Assembly (NCBI GenBank): GCA_947627795.1
Contig: CANQXJ010000006.1
Span: 1,277 to 65,276, forward strand
Source: an uncultured Clostridia bacterium
Lineage (GTDB): Bacteria; Bacillota; Clostridia; UBA1381
Length of the DNA: 64,000 nucleotides
Reading direction: 5' to 3'
The notes under the pieces are model-generated. The model had not been told where the DNA came from, searched no databases, and saw only the letters and a program-made list of their open reading frames with translations. Positions 40,708-50,456 of this stretch are shown here, in pieces. How positions within the stretch are numbered: the first letter of the stretch is position 1; each line of letters opens with the position of its first letter. Made by a program: the position numbers and the translations under genes.

Positions 40708-42180
40708 ATGAATTTAAAATCAGTTGTATACATACTCGGCTGGATGCTCAATATCGAGGGCGCTCTGATGCTGATGCCCGCTCTCACATCGCTTATATAC
40801 GGCGAGCACGACGGCATTTCCTTTCTTATAGTCGCGCTTATATGCATCGCACTGGGAGCGCTTATAGTGCTTAGAAAGCCTAAAAACATGAACTTTTTCG
40901 CGCGCGAGGGTCTTGCGGTCACGGCGTTCGCGTGGATACTTTTAAGTATTTTCGGCTGTCTGCCGTTCGTGATAAACGGCGATATTCCGTCGTTTACGGA
41001 CGCGCTTTTCGAAACGGTTTCGGGCTTTACGACCACCGGAACGAGCATACTCGACGACGTGGAATCGCTTTCACACGCGTCGCTTCTGTGGCGGAGCCTT
41101 ACGCACTGGATAGGCGGTATGGGCGTTCTTGTGTTTTTGCTCGCGCTCGTCCCGATGACGGGCGGCTCGACGATGAATATTATGCGTGCCGAAAGCCCCG
41201 GTCCGACGGTCAGCAAGCTCGTGCCGAAAATACGTCAGACCGCGTTCGTGCTCTACGCTATTTATTTGACTTTGACCGTAGCGGAATTTATTGCGCTCGT
41301 AATAGCGCGTATGCCGGTTTTTGACGCGCTCAACACAGCCGTAGCCACCGCCGGAACGGGAGGCTTCGGGGTTAAAGCAACAAGCATGGGCGGATACTCT
41401 CCCGTGATACAATGGATCGTGGCGGTGTTTATGATGCTTTTCGGAATTAACTTCGGAGTGTATTTCCTGCTTATAACAAAACGCTTCCGCGCGGCGCTCG
41501 TCCATGAGGAAGTGCGGTATTACCTGCTTATAATTGTCGGAGCGGTGACGCTTATTATGATTTCGCTCTACGCGTTCGGCGTTTCGCCGGAAATGAGCTT
41601 TATGACGAAGCTCCGCCACGCGTTTTTCCAGGTCGCGTCCCTTATTACCACAACCGGCTTTACGACGCTCGATTACGAAATATGGCCGCAGATCGCACTT
41701 GCCGCGATGGTTACGCTCATGTTCATCGGCGCGTGCGCAGGAAGCACGGGCGGCGGTATAAAGGTTTCGAGAGTTCTGATTTTCTTCCGCACGGCGAAAA
41801 GGGAGATAATGCTGTTCCTGCACCCGAAGCGCGTAGTGCCGATAAAGGCGGAGCAAAAGGCGATACCGCCCGAAGTGGTGCGTTCGGTAAGCGTGTTCCT
41901 CTCGGCGTATGTGCTTGTTTTCGTAATTTCGGTGCTGCTCGTATCTCTTGACAATAACGACTTTACCACCACCTTTACGGCGGTCGCGGCGACAATGAAC
42001 AACATAGGTCCGGGACTGAGCAAGGCAGGTCCTACGGAAAGCTTCTCGTTCTTCTCGCCTTTTGCGAAATACGTCATGATGTTTGATATGCTCGCCGGCA
42101 GACTGGAATTGTATCCTATGCTTATAATGCTGATGCCTGATTTTTGGAAGGGACTTATCCCAAAGAGAAAACAAATATAA
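40708..42180 (+). CDS. trkH: TrkH family potassium transporter
   Basis: Polytopic, with selectivity-filter-like strings SGFTTTGTS, ATAGTGGFG, TTTGFTT and GSTGGGIKV. Confidence 0.9.
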   Translation: MNLKSVVYILGWMLNIEGALMLMPALTSLIYGEHDGISFLIVALICIALGALIVLRKPKNMNFFAREGLAVTAFAWILLSIFGCLPFVINGDIPSFTDALFETVSGFTTTGTSILDDVESLSHASLLWRSLTHWIGGMGVLVFLLALVPMTGGSTMNIMRAESPGPTVSKLVPKIRQTAFVLYAIYLTLTVAEFIALVIARMPVFDALNTAVATAGTGGFGVKATSMGGYSPVIQWIVAVFMMLFGINFGVYFLLITKRFRAALVHEEVRYYLLIIVGAVTLIMISLYAFGVSPEMSFMTKLRHAFFQVASLITTTGFTTLDYEIWPQIALAAMVTLMFIGACAGSTGGGIKVSRVLIFFRTAKREIMLFLHPKRVVPIKAEQKAIPPEVVRSVSVFLSAYVLVFVISVLLVSLDNNDFTTTFTAVAATMNNIGPGLSKAGPTESFSFFSPFAKYVMMFDMLAGRLELYPMLIMLMPDFWKGLIPKRKQI

Positions 42181-42197
42181 AAATACGATAAATATTA

Positions 42198-42232
42198 AAC
42201 GGAAACGGAATTACTCCGCTTCCGTTTTTTAT
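42198..42232 (+). terminator. Intrinsic terminator after trkH
   Basis: Stem AACGGAAACGG / CCGCTTCCGTT (one mismatch) followed by TTTTTT. Confidence 0.65.
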
Positions 42233-42262
42233 TGCTTTGTCGGTTTTTATTTTAAAAAACTC

Positions 42263-42291
42263 TTGACATAAATTCAAATATATGTTAATAT
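42263..42291 (+). promoter_or_regulatory. SigA-type promoter for the 2-oxoacid oxidoreductase operon
   Basis: TTGACA - 17 nt - TAATAT. Confidence 0.55.
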
Positions 42292-42350
42292 AATATTAAG
42301 TATTAGATGTATTAATTTTCAAAACAGTCTTTCAGAAAGAAGGAATTTAG

Positions 42351-42575
42351 ATGAAGCATGTAACCTTCAGCGAGGAACGCTGTAAAAGCTGCGGGATCTG
42401 CGTGAGCGTATGTCCGAAAAAAATTATCGCGATTTCCGACAGCAAAATGAATTCCAAGGGTTTCAGACCCGCCGAAATAATCGACAAAACGAAGTGCATA
42501 GGCTGCGCTTTCTGCGCTACAGTTTGTCCTGACGCGGCTGTTACGATAACCGCGGATCGATCGGAAAGGAGTTAG
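42351..42575 (+). CDS. 2-oxoacid:ferredoxin oxidoreductase delta subunit (2x[4Fe-4S] ferredoxin)
   Basis: CKSCGICVSVCP and CIGCAFCATVCP. First gene of the four-gene operon. Confidence 0.85.
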   Translation: MKHVTFSEERCKSCGICVSVCPKKIIAISDSKMNSKGFRPAEIIDKTKCIGCAFCATVCPDAAVTITADRSERS

Positions 42576-42579
42576 TGAA

Positions 42580-43638
42580 ATGAGCGAAGCTGTTTTAATG
42601 AAGGGAAACGAAGCGATAGGCGAAGCGGCGATACGCTCCGGCTGCCGTCACTTTTTCGGCTATCCCATCACGCCGCAGACGGAGCTTTCGGCGTATATGG
42701 CGAAGAAAATGCCGAAAATCGGCGGCACATTTTTGCAGGCTGAGAGCGAGATCGCGGCGATAAACATGGTATACGGCGCGGCGGCGGCGGGTGTGAGAGC
42801 AATGACAAGCTCGTCAAGCCCCGGAATAAGCCTTAAATCGGAGGGAATAAGCTATATCGCGGCGGCGGATCTGCCGTGCGTTATAGTAAACATCATGCGC
42901 GCCGGTCCCGGACTCGGAGGCATACAGCCCGCGCAGTCGGATTATTTCCAGGCTACGCGCGGAGGAGGTCACGGAGATTATCATCTGCTCGTGCTCGCGC
43001 CGAACTCGGTGCAGGAAATGGCGTGTCTTACCGCCGAGGCGTTCAATTTGTCGGAGGAATACAGAATTCCGGCGATGATTCTCGGCGACGGAACGCTCGG
43101 TCAGATGATGGAGCCTGTTGACTTTTCGCTTGTACCCGAGCCGGTATTCGCCGAAAAACCTTGGGCGGCAAACGCCATGCGCGGCAGGGGCGCTCAGAAC
43201 GTGGTAAAAACGCTCTACCTCTCGCCGGAGGAGCTTGAAGCGACAATAATCGAGCGCGAAAAAAAATACGACATCGTCCGCGACAGTCTGCAAAGATACG
43301 AAGCGAAATTTATTGACGACGCGGATATAATACTCTGCTCCTACGGAATAACCTCGCGCATAGTTGAAACTGCAGTGCGGGAGCTTAGGAACGAAGGAAT
43401 AAAAGCCGGAATAATACGACCGATCTCGCTTTGGCCCTTCCCCGAGAAAATCTTCAAGCGGGTACGTCCGAAGGCGTATTTATCGGTCGAAATGAGCACG
43501 GGGCAGATGATAGAGGACGTAAAACTCGCGTGCGAGTGCAAAGCACCCGTTTATTTCACCGGCAGAACGGGCGGAATTATTCCCGAGCCGAGCGAAATTA
43601 TAGACAAGGTAAGAGAGATCCACAGGGAGGTGTGCTGA
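42580..43638 (+). CDS. 2-oxoacid:ferredoxin oxidoreductase alpha subunit (VorB/KorA-like)
   Basis: [30 protein letters not shown]. 352 aa. Confidence 0.85.
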   Translation: MSEAVLMKGNEAIGEAAIRSGCRHFFGYPITPQTELSAYMAKKMPKIGGTFLQAESEIAAINMVYGAAAAGVRAMTSSSSPGISLKSEGISYIAAADLPCVIVNIMRAGPGLGGIQPAQSDYFQATRGGGHGDYHLLVLAPNSVQEMACLTAEAFNLSEEYRIPAMILGDGTLGQMMEPVDFSLVPEPVFAEKPWAANAMRGRGAQNVVKTLYLSPEELEATIIEREKKYDIVRDSLQRYEAKFIDDADIILCSYGITSRIVETAVRELRNEGIKAGIIRPISLWPFPEKIFKRVRPKAYLSVEMSTGQMIEDVKLACECKAPVYFTGRTGGIIPEPSEIIDKVREIHREVC

Positions 43639-43639
43639 A

Positions 43640-44382
43640 ATGCCCGAAATTATATATAAAAAGCCCCATTCGCTTTCCGACAAGCCGTTTCACTACTGCC
43701 CCGGCTGTTCGCACGGACTTGTCCACAGGCTTGTCACCGAGGTTATCGACGAGCTTGGGATAGCTGATAACACAATCGCTGTAGCTCCGGTGGGCTGCGC
43801 CGTTACCGCGGACGAATATTTCCGCGTTGACACGGTGCAGGCGGCGCACGGAAGAGCGCCCGCCGTCGCGACCGGAATAAAGCGCGCTCTCCCCGACAGA
43901 GTGGTGTTCACCTACCAGGGAGACGGCGACCTCGCCGCGATAGGTACAGCCGAAACAGTTCACTCGGCGGCGCGCGGGGAAAATATTACGATAATTTTCA
44001 TAAACAACACGATTTACGGCATGACGGGCAGATGGCGCCAACCACTCTGCCGGGTCAGGTCACGCAGACCTCGCCCTACGGACGCGACCCGTACACGCAG
44101 GGCTATCCGCTGCATATTTGCGAAATGCTCTCGGCGCTCAACGGCCCGACTTATATCACGCGCACAGCCGTTGACAGCGTGCCGCATATAAAAGAAACAA
44201 AAAAGGCCATAAAAAAGGCGTTTGAATATCAAATTTCGGGCAAGGGCTTTTCGCTCGTCGAGGTGCTTTGCGCGTGTCCGACCAACTGGGGCATGAGCCC
44301 TACGGACGCGGTAAAGCGGATAACGGACGAAATGATACCGTATTATCCGCTCGGAGTATATAAAGAGGAGGTTTTAAAATGA
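43640..44382 (+). pseudogene. 2-oxoacid:ferredoxin oxidoreductase beta (TPP-binding) subunit, interrupted by a frameshift near 44026-44030
   Basis: The N-terminal part ([32 protein letters not shown]) is in one frame. The C-terminal part ([29 protein letters not shown]) continues in the frame 1 nt behind, and the first frame then reads as Arg-rich nonsense. The switch lies at the GGG run 44026-44028. Confidence 0.8.
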
Positions 44383-44912
44383 CAAACAAAATAATTCTCG
44401 CCGGCTTCGGCGGACAGGGCATACTTTTCGCGGGCAAGCTGCTCGCGTACGCGGCTATGCTGGAGGGAAAGTATCTTTCGTGGCTGCCGTCATACGGACC
44501 TGAAATGCGCGGCGGAACGGCTAATTGCCACGTTATAATAAGCGACGTCCCGATAGGCTCGCCGATAATCACAAGCCCCGACGCGCTTATCGCGATGAAC
44601 GCCCCGTCGCTTGACAAATTCGAAAACGAGCTTCAGCCGAACGGAACGGAAATTCTCGACAGCTCGCTTATTCCCCGCTCCTCGGGCAGAACGGATCTGT
44701 CGTCCGTCCGCGTCGCGGCTACGGAAATAGCCGAGAAAATGGGTAAAAAGGGCTTGGCGAACATGGTAATGCTCGGAGCGTTTCTTAAAAAAACGGGACT
44801 TTTTTCAATCGACAGCTTCAAGGAAGCGATAAAAAAGCTGCTGTCCGAAAAGAAGCAGCAGCTTGCCGAAGCGAATATAAACGCCGTCCGCGCGGGTTTT
44901 GACGCGGTATAA
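44379..44912 (+). CDS. 2-oxoacid:ferredoxin oxidoreductase gamma subunit
   Basis: [19 protein letters not shown]. The ATGA start/stop overlap with the second frame of the beta-subunit gene indicates translational coupling. Confidence 0.85.
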   Translation: MTNKIILAGFGGQGILFAGKLLAYAAMLEGKYLSWLPSYGPEMRGGTANCHVIISDVPIGSPIITSPDALIAMNAPSLDKFENELQPNGTEILDSSLIPRSSGRTDLSSVRVAATEIAEKMGKKGLANMVMLGAFLKKTGLFSIDSFKEAIKKLLSEKKQQLAEANINAVRAGFDAV

Positions 44913-44918
44913 ATATAT

Positions 44919-44940
44919 AGGGCGGCTCCCGTGCCGCCCT
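44919..44940. terminator. Hairpin between convergent oxidoreductase operon and PAP2-like gene
   Basis: Perfect 8-bp stem AGGGCGGC / GCCGCCCT. U-tracts are weak on both strands. Confidence 0.4.
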
Positions 44941-44948
44941 ACGGTTTA

Positions 44949-45398
44949 TCACATATGTCTCCACAAAGCGACCGCTATTCCGAGAAGCGCTCCGGCGAAT
45001 ACCTGCACAGGCGTATGACCGAGCAGCTCCTTTAACCGTTTTTCCGTTCTGCTGAAATCGGATTTTACAAGCGAGTCGATTATTTTGTTGAGTATCGCCG
45101 CCTGCTGACCCGCCGCGCGCCGCACTCCCGCCGCGTCGTACATAACCACGAGAGCGAATACTGTGCTCAAAGCGAACAGCGGCGAATCAAAGCCTTCCGT
45201 AAGCCCTATCGCAGCCGCAAGCGAAACCACAAGCGCCGAATGTGAACTCGGCATTCCGCCCGAGCCTACAAGACGTTCGAAATTTACCTTCCTATCCTTA
45301 ATAAGCACGATTATCATTTTCATAACCTGCGCTATAAGCCACGCGATAAGCGCCGTAACAAGCTCGGAATGAACGAAAAAATCCGTAATATTTGCCAT
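44949..45398 (-). CDS. Divergent PAP2 (DUF212/YuiD-like) membrane protein
   Basis: GGMPSSHSALVVSL and MYDAAGVRRAAGQQA strings of the acid-phosphatase/vanadium-haloperoxidase-related family. Confidence 0.75.
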   Translation of the reverse strand: MANITDFFVHSELVTALIAWLIAQVMKMIIVLIKDRKVNFERLVGSGGMPSSHSALVVSLAAAIGLTEGFDSPLFALSTVFALVVMYDAAGVRRAAGQQAAILNKIIDSLVKSDFSRTEKRLKELLGHTPVQVFAGALLGIAVALWRHM

Positions 45399-45412
45399 TT
45401 ATTGTCTCCCTT

Positions 45413-46288
45413 TTATGATTTTCTGTCAATAAGATAATCGGTGAGCCGCAGAAGAAAATCCGCCCTTTCGCCGAATATTTCAAGCGCCGCTTTTGCCTTC
45501 GCGCTGTACTCGGCGGCAAGCTCCTTAGACCTTTCAAGTCCTACCAGCTTTACGTACGTGTTTTTATCCTGCTCCGCGTCGCTCCCGATTGGCTTTCCAA
45601 GCTCCTCCTCGCTGCCCTCTACGTCAAGAATATCGTCCTGTATCTGAAACGCGACGCCCAGATTTGCCGCGAACCCGTCAACCGCGCTTATCTCCGCTTC
45701 CGAAGCGCCCGACAATATCGCGCCTATTCTGCACGACGAGCGGATTATCGCGCCGGTTTTGAGCAGATGCAAGTACCGCAGCTCATCAAGAGAAATATCC
45801 TTTCCCTCGCTTTCCATATCTATCACCTGACCGCCTATCATGCCTTCCGTGCCGGACGATTTCGCAAGCTCCGATACGGCTTTCAGCGCAAGCTCCGCAT
45901 TGTCCGTTTCCGCCTCCGACACGATTTCAAACGCCTTGTTAAGAAGCGCGTCGCCCGCCAAAATCGCGGTCGCCTCGCCGAATTTTATATGGCTCGTCGG
46001 CATACCTCGCCGCAAATTGTCGTTGTCCATCGCGGGCAGGTCATCATGAATCAGCGAATACGTATGAATCATTTCCATGGCGCACGCGAACGGTATGACC
46101 GCCTTTTCATCGCCGCCGCACATTTTCGCCGTTTCAAGCATCAAAATAGGTCTTAACCGCTTTCCGCCCGCGAACAGGCTGTAGCGCATGGCTGTGTAAA
46201 TAATCGTCTGCGGATTATCCCTCTCGGGTAAATACGCATCAAGAGCCTTGTCTATACGCTCTATTCTTTCATTTAATTCCGTTTTCAT
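45413..46288 (-). CDS. ispA: Polyprenyl (farnesyl/geranylgeranyl) diphosphate synthase
   Basis: First and second Asp-rich motifs LIHDDLPAMDND and FQIQDDILD. Confidence 0.85.
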   Translation of the reverse strand: MKTELNERIERIDKALDAYLPERDNPQTIIYTAMRYSLFAGGKRLRPILMLETAKMCGGDEKAVIPFACAMEMIHTYSLIHDDLPAMDNDNLRRGMPTSHIKFGEATAILAGDALLNKAFEIVSEAETDNAELALKAVSELAKSSGTEGMIGGQVIDMESEGKDISLDELRYLHLLKTGAIIRSSCRIGAILSGASEAEISAVDGFAANLGVAFQIQDDILDVEGSEEELGKPIGSDAEQDKNTYVKLVGLERSKELAAEYSAKAKAALEIFGERADFLLRLTDYLIDRKS

Positions 46289-46292
46289 ACAA

Positions 46293-46535
46293 TTACAGTC
46301 CTTTATCCGTATTCTCGGTAAATTCTCTCTCGCCGACGCTTCCGTCGGGATTCGAGGTCAGAACCGAAACCTTGATTTCAGCTTCGTCAAGCATTTTCTG
46401 ACAGCTTTTCGCAAGCTTTACGCCCTGCTCGAAAAGCGTCAGCGATTCATCGAGAGAAGCGTCTCCGTTTTCCAAACGGCGGACGATCTCCTCTAATTCT
46501 TCTATTGATTTTTCAAATGTTTTTTTCTCTGCCAT
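46293..46535 (-). CDS. xseB: Exodeoxyribonuclease VII small subunit
   Basis: 80 aa with FEKSIEELEEIVRRLENGDASLDESLTLFEQGVKL. Confidence 0.9.
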   Translation of the reverse strand: MAEKKTFEKSIEELEEIVRRLENGDASLDESLTLFEQGVKLAKSCQKMLDEAEIKVSVLTSNPDGSVGEREFTENTDKGL

Positions 46536-46547
46536 AACAGTTCTCCT

Positions 46548-47726
46548 TTATTTCACAACGCATTCCGCGTCGCCGTCTCTCATTTTCAGCGTGAATTCCG
46601 TTCCCGATTTCAATTTCTTCGCGCTCCTTATGACCGTGCCGTCCGGCTTTACCGGTATCGCGTAGCCGCGCGAGAGCGTCTGCAAGGGGCTTAGTGCGTC
46701 AAGCCTTCCCGATAATTCCGCGAGCTTGTTTTTCTTGTCCATCACCTTCAGCCGAAAGCTCTGTTCCGCGTGTTTCATAAGATTGTCAAGCCGCAGATTT
46801 TCATCTTGGATGCGCTCCTTCGGTGTTCGCATTTTAAGTGAGGAAACGTATTTTCTGTCGCCCTCTATCTTCTTTACCATTGCGTGCAGTATTCTGCTTG
46901 ACGCAACGGAAACAGAGTTTTTCACGTCAAGCGCCGACGGGACTGCCTGTTCCGCCGCCACCGAAGGCGTGGGAGCGCGTAGGTCCGCGACAAAATCGGC
47001 AATGGTAAAATCCGTTTCATGCCCAACCGCCGAAATTACCGGTATCTTTGACGCGAAAATCGCGCGCGCAACCTTTTCATCGTTGAACGCCCACAAATCC
47101 TCAATAGAGCCTCCGCCGCGCCCGACTATAAGCGTATCTACCGGATAGCGTTTGTTGAAAAACTCAATCGCCTCCACTATTCCGTCCACCGCAGCCGCGC
47201 CCTGCACCGGCGTGGGGTATATAACTATTTTTGTCAGCGGAAAACGGCGCGTAATTACATTTATAATATCATGCGCCACCGCGCCCGTCGTGGCAGTGGC
47301 AACTCCCACAACAGCCGGATAACGCGGTATCGGCTTTTTATACTGCGACGAGAACAATCCCTCGCCCTCAAGCCTGCGCTTAAGCTGTTCGAACGCGATA
47401 TACAGCTCCCCCACTCCATCCGGGATCATTTCTTCGATGTACAGCTGATACGCTCCGCTCGGCTCGTACACCGTTATCCTGCCGCGCGCCAACACCTTCA
47501 TTCCGTCCTGCGGATAAAAGCTGAGATGCGCGTTGGCGCTCTTGAACATAATGGCTTTAAGCACACTTTTTTCATCCTTGAGAGTGATGTACATATGCCC
47601 CGAATAGTGACCTTTAAAATTGGAAATTTCACCCTTTATCCAAATGTTGTTAAGTACCTGATTATGATCCAAATATCTTTTAAGATAACTGTTTATCTGT
47701 GAAACAGTAGCAATTTTCGGTTCCAT
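46548..47726 (-). CDS. xseA: Exodeoxyribonuclease VII large subunit
   Basis: TVSQINSYLKRYLD..IWIKGEISNFKGHYSGHMYITLKD and RGGGSIEDLWAFNDE. Confidence 0.9.
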   Translation of the reverse strand: MEPKIATVSQINSYLKRYLDHNQVLNNIWIKGEISNFKGHYSGHMYITLKDEKSVLKAIMFKSANAHLSFYPQDGMKVLARGRITVYEPSGAYQLYIEEMIPDGVGELYIAFEQLKRRLEGEGLFSSQYKKPIPRYPAVVGVATATTGAVAHDIINVITRRFPLTKIVIYPTPVQGAAAVDGIVEAIEFFNKRYPVDTLIVGRGGGSIEDLWAFNDEKVARAIFASKIPVISAVGHETDFTIADFVADLRAPTPSVAAEQAVPSALDVKNSVSVASSRILHAMVKKIEGDRKYVSSLKMRTPKERIQDENLRLDNLMKHAEQSFRLKVMDKKNKLAELSGRLDALSPLQTLSRGYAIPVKPDGTVIRSAKKLKSGTEFTLKMRDGDAECVVK

Positions 47727-48656
47727 TTAATTCTCCTTGCAAAATTTCGCGAGCGAGGCAATTCCTACCGCGTTGTCGGACGATAATTCCGCCGACGCGA
47801 AATACACGTTTCCGTTTACCTCGTCTGTCAATCCATTGCGTATCAGAGCGTTTGACGCTACTCCGCCCACAACGAGCACCTTTTGTACGCCTGTTTTTTC
47901 AATCGCCGAGTTAAGCGTTTTGACAAGCGTATTCTTAACGGCAATAAGCGTTCCGAGCGCGATTTCGGCGGCGTTTCCGTCTTTAATCAGACTTGCCGCC
48001 TTTGTTTCCGTACCCGAAAAATTCATATACGCACCGTCAGTGCTGACCGGCAGCTTCACCGCCGACACGGCATTTTTCGCGGTTTGTTCCATTTCCCTGC
48101 CCGCCGGGAATCTCATTCCAAGAGCGACGCCTACCCTGTCAATAAGCTGTCCGGCGCTTATATCGCGAGTGCCGCCGATAATAACGTTTTCAAAGCCTGT
48201 TCCCGTATAACGCGTTCTTAAAATTTCCGTAGTGCCGCCCGAAAGGTGAACAGACAAAAACTCATTTTCCAACAGCTCGAAACATCCGCCGGAAAAAATT
48301 CCCGCCATAATATGTCCGTCCTGATGGCTGAACTCAAAAACGGGAATTTTAAGCGCGTCAGCAATAACGCGCGCATAGCCGTGACCCGCGAGAAACACCG
48401 GCATATACGAGCCTTCAACATTGCGCGGCTTAACGCTCACGCCGATCGCGGCAGCGTCCTTCAAATCAATCTCGCCGGCAAGCTCGTTAAAAAGCTCCGG
48501 TAGGATCTTCATGTGATGAAAAACTCCGTCGCTCTGTCTTAAACCTCTTTCGCCCTCCTTGACCGGCAAAAGCCGCCGCTTGCTCACAAAACCGCTTTCG
48601 GTTACTGCAGCAGCCGATGTTGTATAGTTGCTTGTGTCAATACCGAGATATATCAT
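47727..48656 (-). CDS. Kae1/TsaD-like ASKHA-fold (peptidase M22 family) protein
   Basis: LGIDTSNYTTS, the metal-site-like SHQDGHI and LSGGTTE resemble TsaD/Kae1. It sits between nusB and xseA. Confidence 0.6.
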   Translation of the reverse strand: MIYLGIDTSNYTTSAAAVTESGFVSKRRLLPVKEGERGLRQSDGVFHHMKILPELFNELAGEIDLKDAAAIGVSVKPRNVEGSYMPVFLAGHGYARVIADALKIPVFEFSHQDGHIMAGIFSGGCFELLENEFLSVHLSGGTTEILRTRYTGTGFENVIIGGTRDISAGQLIDRVGVALGMRFPAGREMEQTAKNAVSAVKLPVSTDGAYMNFSGTETKAASLIKDGNAAEIALGTLIAVKNTLVKTLNSAIEKTGVQKVLVVGGVASNALIRNGLTDEVNGNVYFASAELSSDNAVGIASLAKFCKEN

Positions 48657-49069
48657 TTTTCCAAAGTTTTATATACGCTTCCCAAAAGTCCGTTCACGAA
48701 CTTAGCGTCGTCATCAGCGCCATACTGCTTCGCAAGCTCCACCGCTTCGTTGATCGCCACTCGCGGCGGAACGTCTTCGGAATATTTCATTTCATAAACG
48801 GCAAGCTTTAAAATCGCAAGCGACGCTTTTGAAATACGCGAAAGAGTCCAGCCGGAGCGCAGATTAGCGGAAATAATTTCCTCAAGCTCCTCCTCGTGAG
48901 AGCGCACTCCGTCTACTGTGCTTTTAATATAGCCCAAATTATCCTCACACTCCGGAATTGCCGCCAAAAGCTCATCCATAATAACGGACATATCGTCCTT
49001 GTGCATATTCATCTGAAAAATCTGAGTAAACGCCGCCCTGCGCGCCTCGCTTCTTGATTGCTTTTTCAT
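48653..49069 (-). CDS. nusB: Transcription antitermination factor NusB
   Basis: 138 aa with SRSEARRAAFTQIFQM and VAINEAVELAKQYG. Confidence 0.9.
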   Translation of the reverse strand: MKKQSRSEARRAAFTQIFQMNMHKDDMSVIMDELLAAIPECEDNLGYIKSTVDGVRSHEEELEEIISANLRSGWTLSRISKASLAILKLAVYEMKYSEDVPPRVAINEAVELAKQYGADDDAKFVNGLLGSVYKTLEK

Positions 49070-49107
49070 AATTTTTCTCCTGAATCAAGTGGTTTTAATA
49101 ATGGTAT

Positions 49108-49136
49108 ATTATAACATAATTCATATAAAATGGCAA
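49108..49136 (-). promoter_or_regulatory. SigA-type promoter for the nusB-xseAB-ispA operon
   Basis: Minus-strand TTGCCA - 17 nt - TATAAT. Confidence 0.5.
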
Positions 49137-49243
49137 GTGGTTTTACCGGTAATTTTAATTAAGCCGCGCGCCGATTCAAATTAAAAAGGGGAGTTAAGCA
49201 AAACGCGCGTTTCGCTAACCCCCACTTTTCAGTCTTTATAAAA

Positions 49244-50314
49244 TCAGTCGTCCAATTTAACAGTCCAGCCGAACGTGTCCTCAATCTTGCCCCACTGAAT
49301 TCCGGTGAGAGTGTCGTAGCACATCTGCGATACGGGACCGATTTCGCCGCTGTTTACCGGCATTACGAGCTCGCCGTACTTAAGCTCGCCTATAGGCGAT
49401 ATAACAGCCGCCGTGCCTGTTCCCCACGCTTCCTCGAGAGTGCCCGCGTTAAACGCGTCAACAAGCTCATCTATCGAAAGTCTGCGCTCGGATACCTTGT
49501 AGCCCTTTGATCTTAAAAGCTCAATAATGGACATTCTTGTGATACCGCCCAAAATCGAACCTACGAGAGCCGGAGTTATAATTTCGCCGTTAATCTTGAA
49601 GAATACGTTCATTGAGCCTACTTCCTCAATGTATTTCTTCTCAACGCCGTCGAGCCAAAGCGTCTGTATATAGCCCTGCTTCTCCGCTTCCTCCTGACCT
49701 TTTAACGATATAGCATAGTTGGCGCCCGCCTTTGTGAAGCCCGTTCCTCCCACAACCGCGCGGACATACTTCTGCTCAACGTAAATCGGAACGGGAGCAA
49801 GTCCCTGCGGATAGTACGCGCCGACCGGCGAAAGGATTATCGCAAAAATAAGATGCTCAGCCGGATGAACGCCGATGTGCACATCGTTTGCGAACACGTA
49901 CGGTCTTATGTAGAGCGATGTGCCCTCTTCCGACGGAACCCAGTCCTCGTCTATCTTAACGAGCGTCTTAATAGCCTTAATGGCAAATTCTTCGTCAATC
50001 TTCGGTATGCAGAGACGATCGCATGAAACGTTCATTCTTTCCATGTTCTTGTCGGGGCGGAAAAGCTGAATCGAGCCGTCCGCCGTGCGGTAAGCCTTCA
50101 AGCCCTCGAATACCTCCTGCGCATAGTGAAGCACCATGCTCGCGGGATCGATTTCAAACGGTCCGTACGGGACTATTCTCGCGTCATGCCAGCCCTGACC
50201 CTTGTCGTAGTTCATAATGAACATATGGTCTGTATAATAATGTCCGAATCCGAGAGCCGACTGGTCAGCGGGCTTCTGCTTCGGGTTGGTGGTTTTTGTG
50301 ATTTTAATTTCCAT
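49244..50314 (-). CDS. ilvE: Branched-chain amino acid aminotransferase
   Basis: 356-aa class IV aminotransferase with GFGHYYTDHMF, QEVFEGLKAYR and GGTGFTKAGANY. Confidence 0.9.
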   Translation of the reverse strand: MEIKITKTTNPKQKPADQSALGFGHYYTDHMFIMNYDKGQGWHDARIVPYGPFEIDPASMVLHYAQEVFEGLKAYRTADGSIQLFRPDKNMERMNVSCDRLCIPKIDEEFAIKAIKTLVKIDEDWVPSEEGTSLYIRPYVFANDVHIGVHPAEHLIFAIILSPVGAYYPQGLAPVPIYVEQKYVRAVVGGTGFTKAGANYAISLKGQEEAEKQGYIQTLWLDGVEKKYIEEVGSMNVFFKINGEIITPALVGSILGGITRMSIIELLRSKGYKVSERRLSIDELVDAFNAGTLEEAWGTGTAAVISPIGELKYGELVMPVNSGEIGPVSQMCYDTLTGIQWGKIEDTFGWTVKLDD

Positions 50315-50351
50315 TATAAAGCACTCCTTTGTTTATTCATTTCCGCCAATT

Positions 50352-50379
50352 ATTATACGCCTTTTTTTGCCGATTGTAA
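50352..50379 (-). promoter_or_regulatory. SigA-type promoter for ilvE
   Basis: Minus-strand TTACAA - 16 nt - TATAAT, with only ~30 nt of leader. Confidence 0.5.
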
Positions 50380-50456
50380 AGTGGAAATTGACATTTTTAT
50401 AAATTTTTGCGGTTTTTTATTCGTTTACGCAAATAATAAACTGGCATTTCGGTCTG

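Noticed and set aside
41071-42174. Long antisense or alternative-frame ORFs inside well-supported genes. Examples: 41071-42174 and 40494-41216 against trkH, 35126-35983 against murA, 26518-27243 against adh, 11635-12651 against topA, 17051-17743 and 18212-18991 against the 886-aa gene, 24382-25227 against the S8 protease.
   Set aside because: Their products are Arg/Ser/Pro-rich and low-complexity, with no RBS and no recognisable motifs. Each is fully embedded opposite a gene with strong family signatures. This is the usual shadow-ORF artefact of moderately GC-rich coding DNA.
44020-44035. Programmed ribosomal frameshift as the explanation for the split oxidoreductase beta subunit.
   Set aside because: There is no slippery heptamer (the sequence is ACG GGC AGA TGG) and no downstream pseudoknot or stem that I can see. 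A 1-nt change in a G homopolymer is the simpler explanation.
50315-50456. A T-box or other riboswitch upstream of ilvE; likewise a c-di-AMP riboswitch upstream of trkA at 39107-39279.
   Set aside because: In both cases a good SigA promoter sits only ~30-35 nt from the start codon. That leaves no room for a structured leader.
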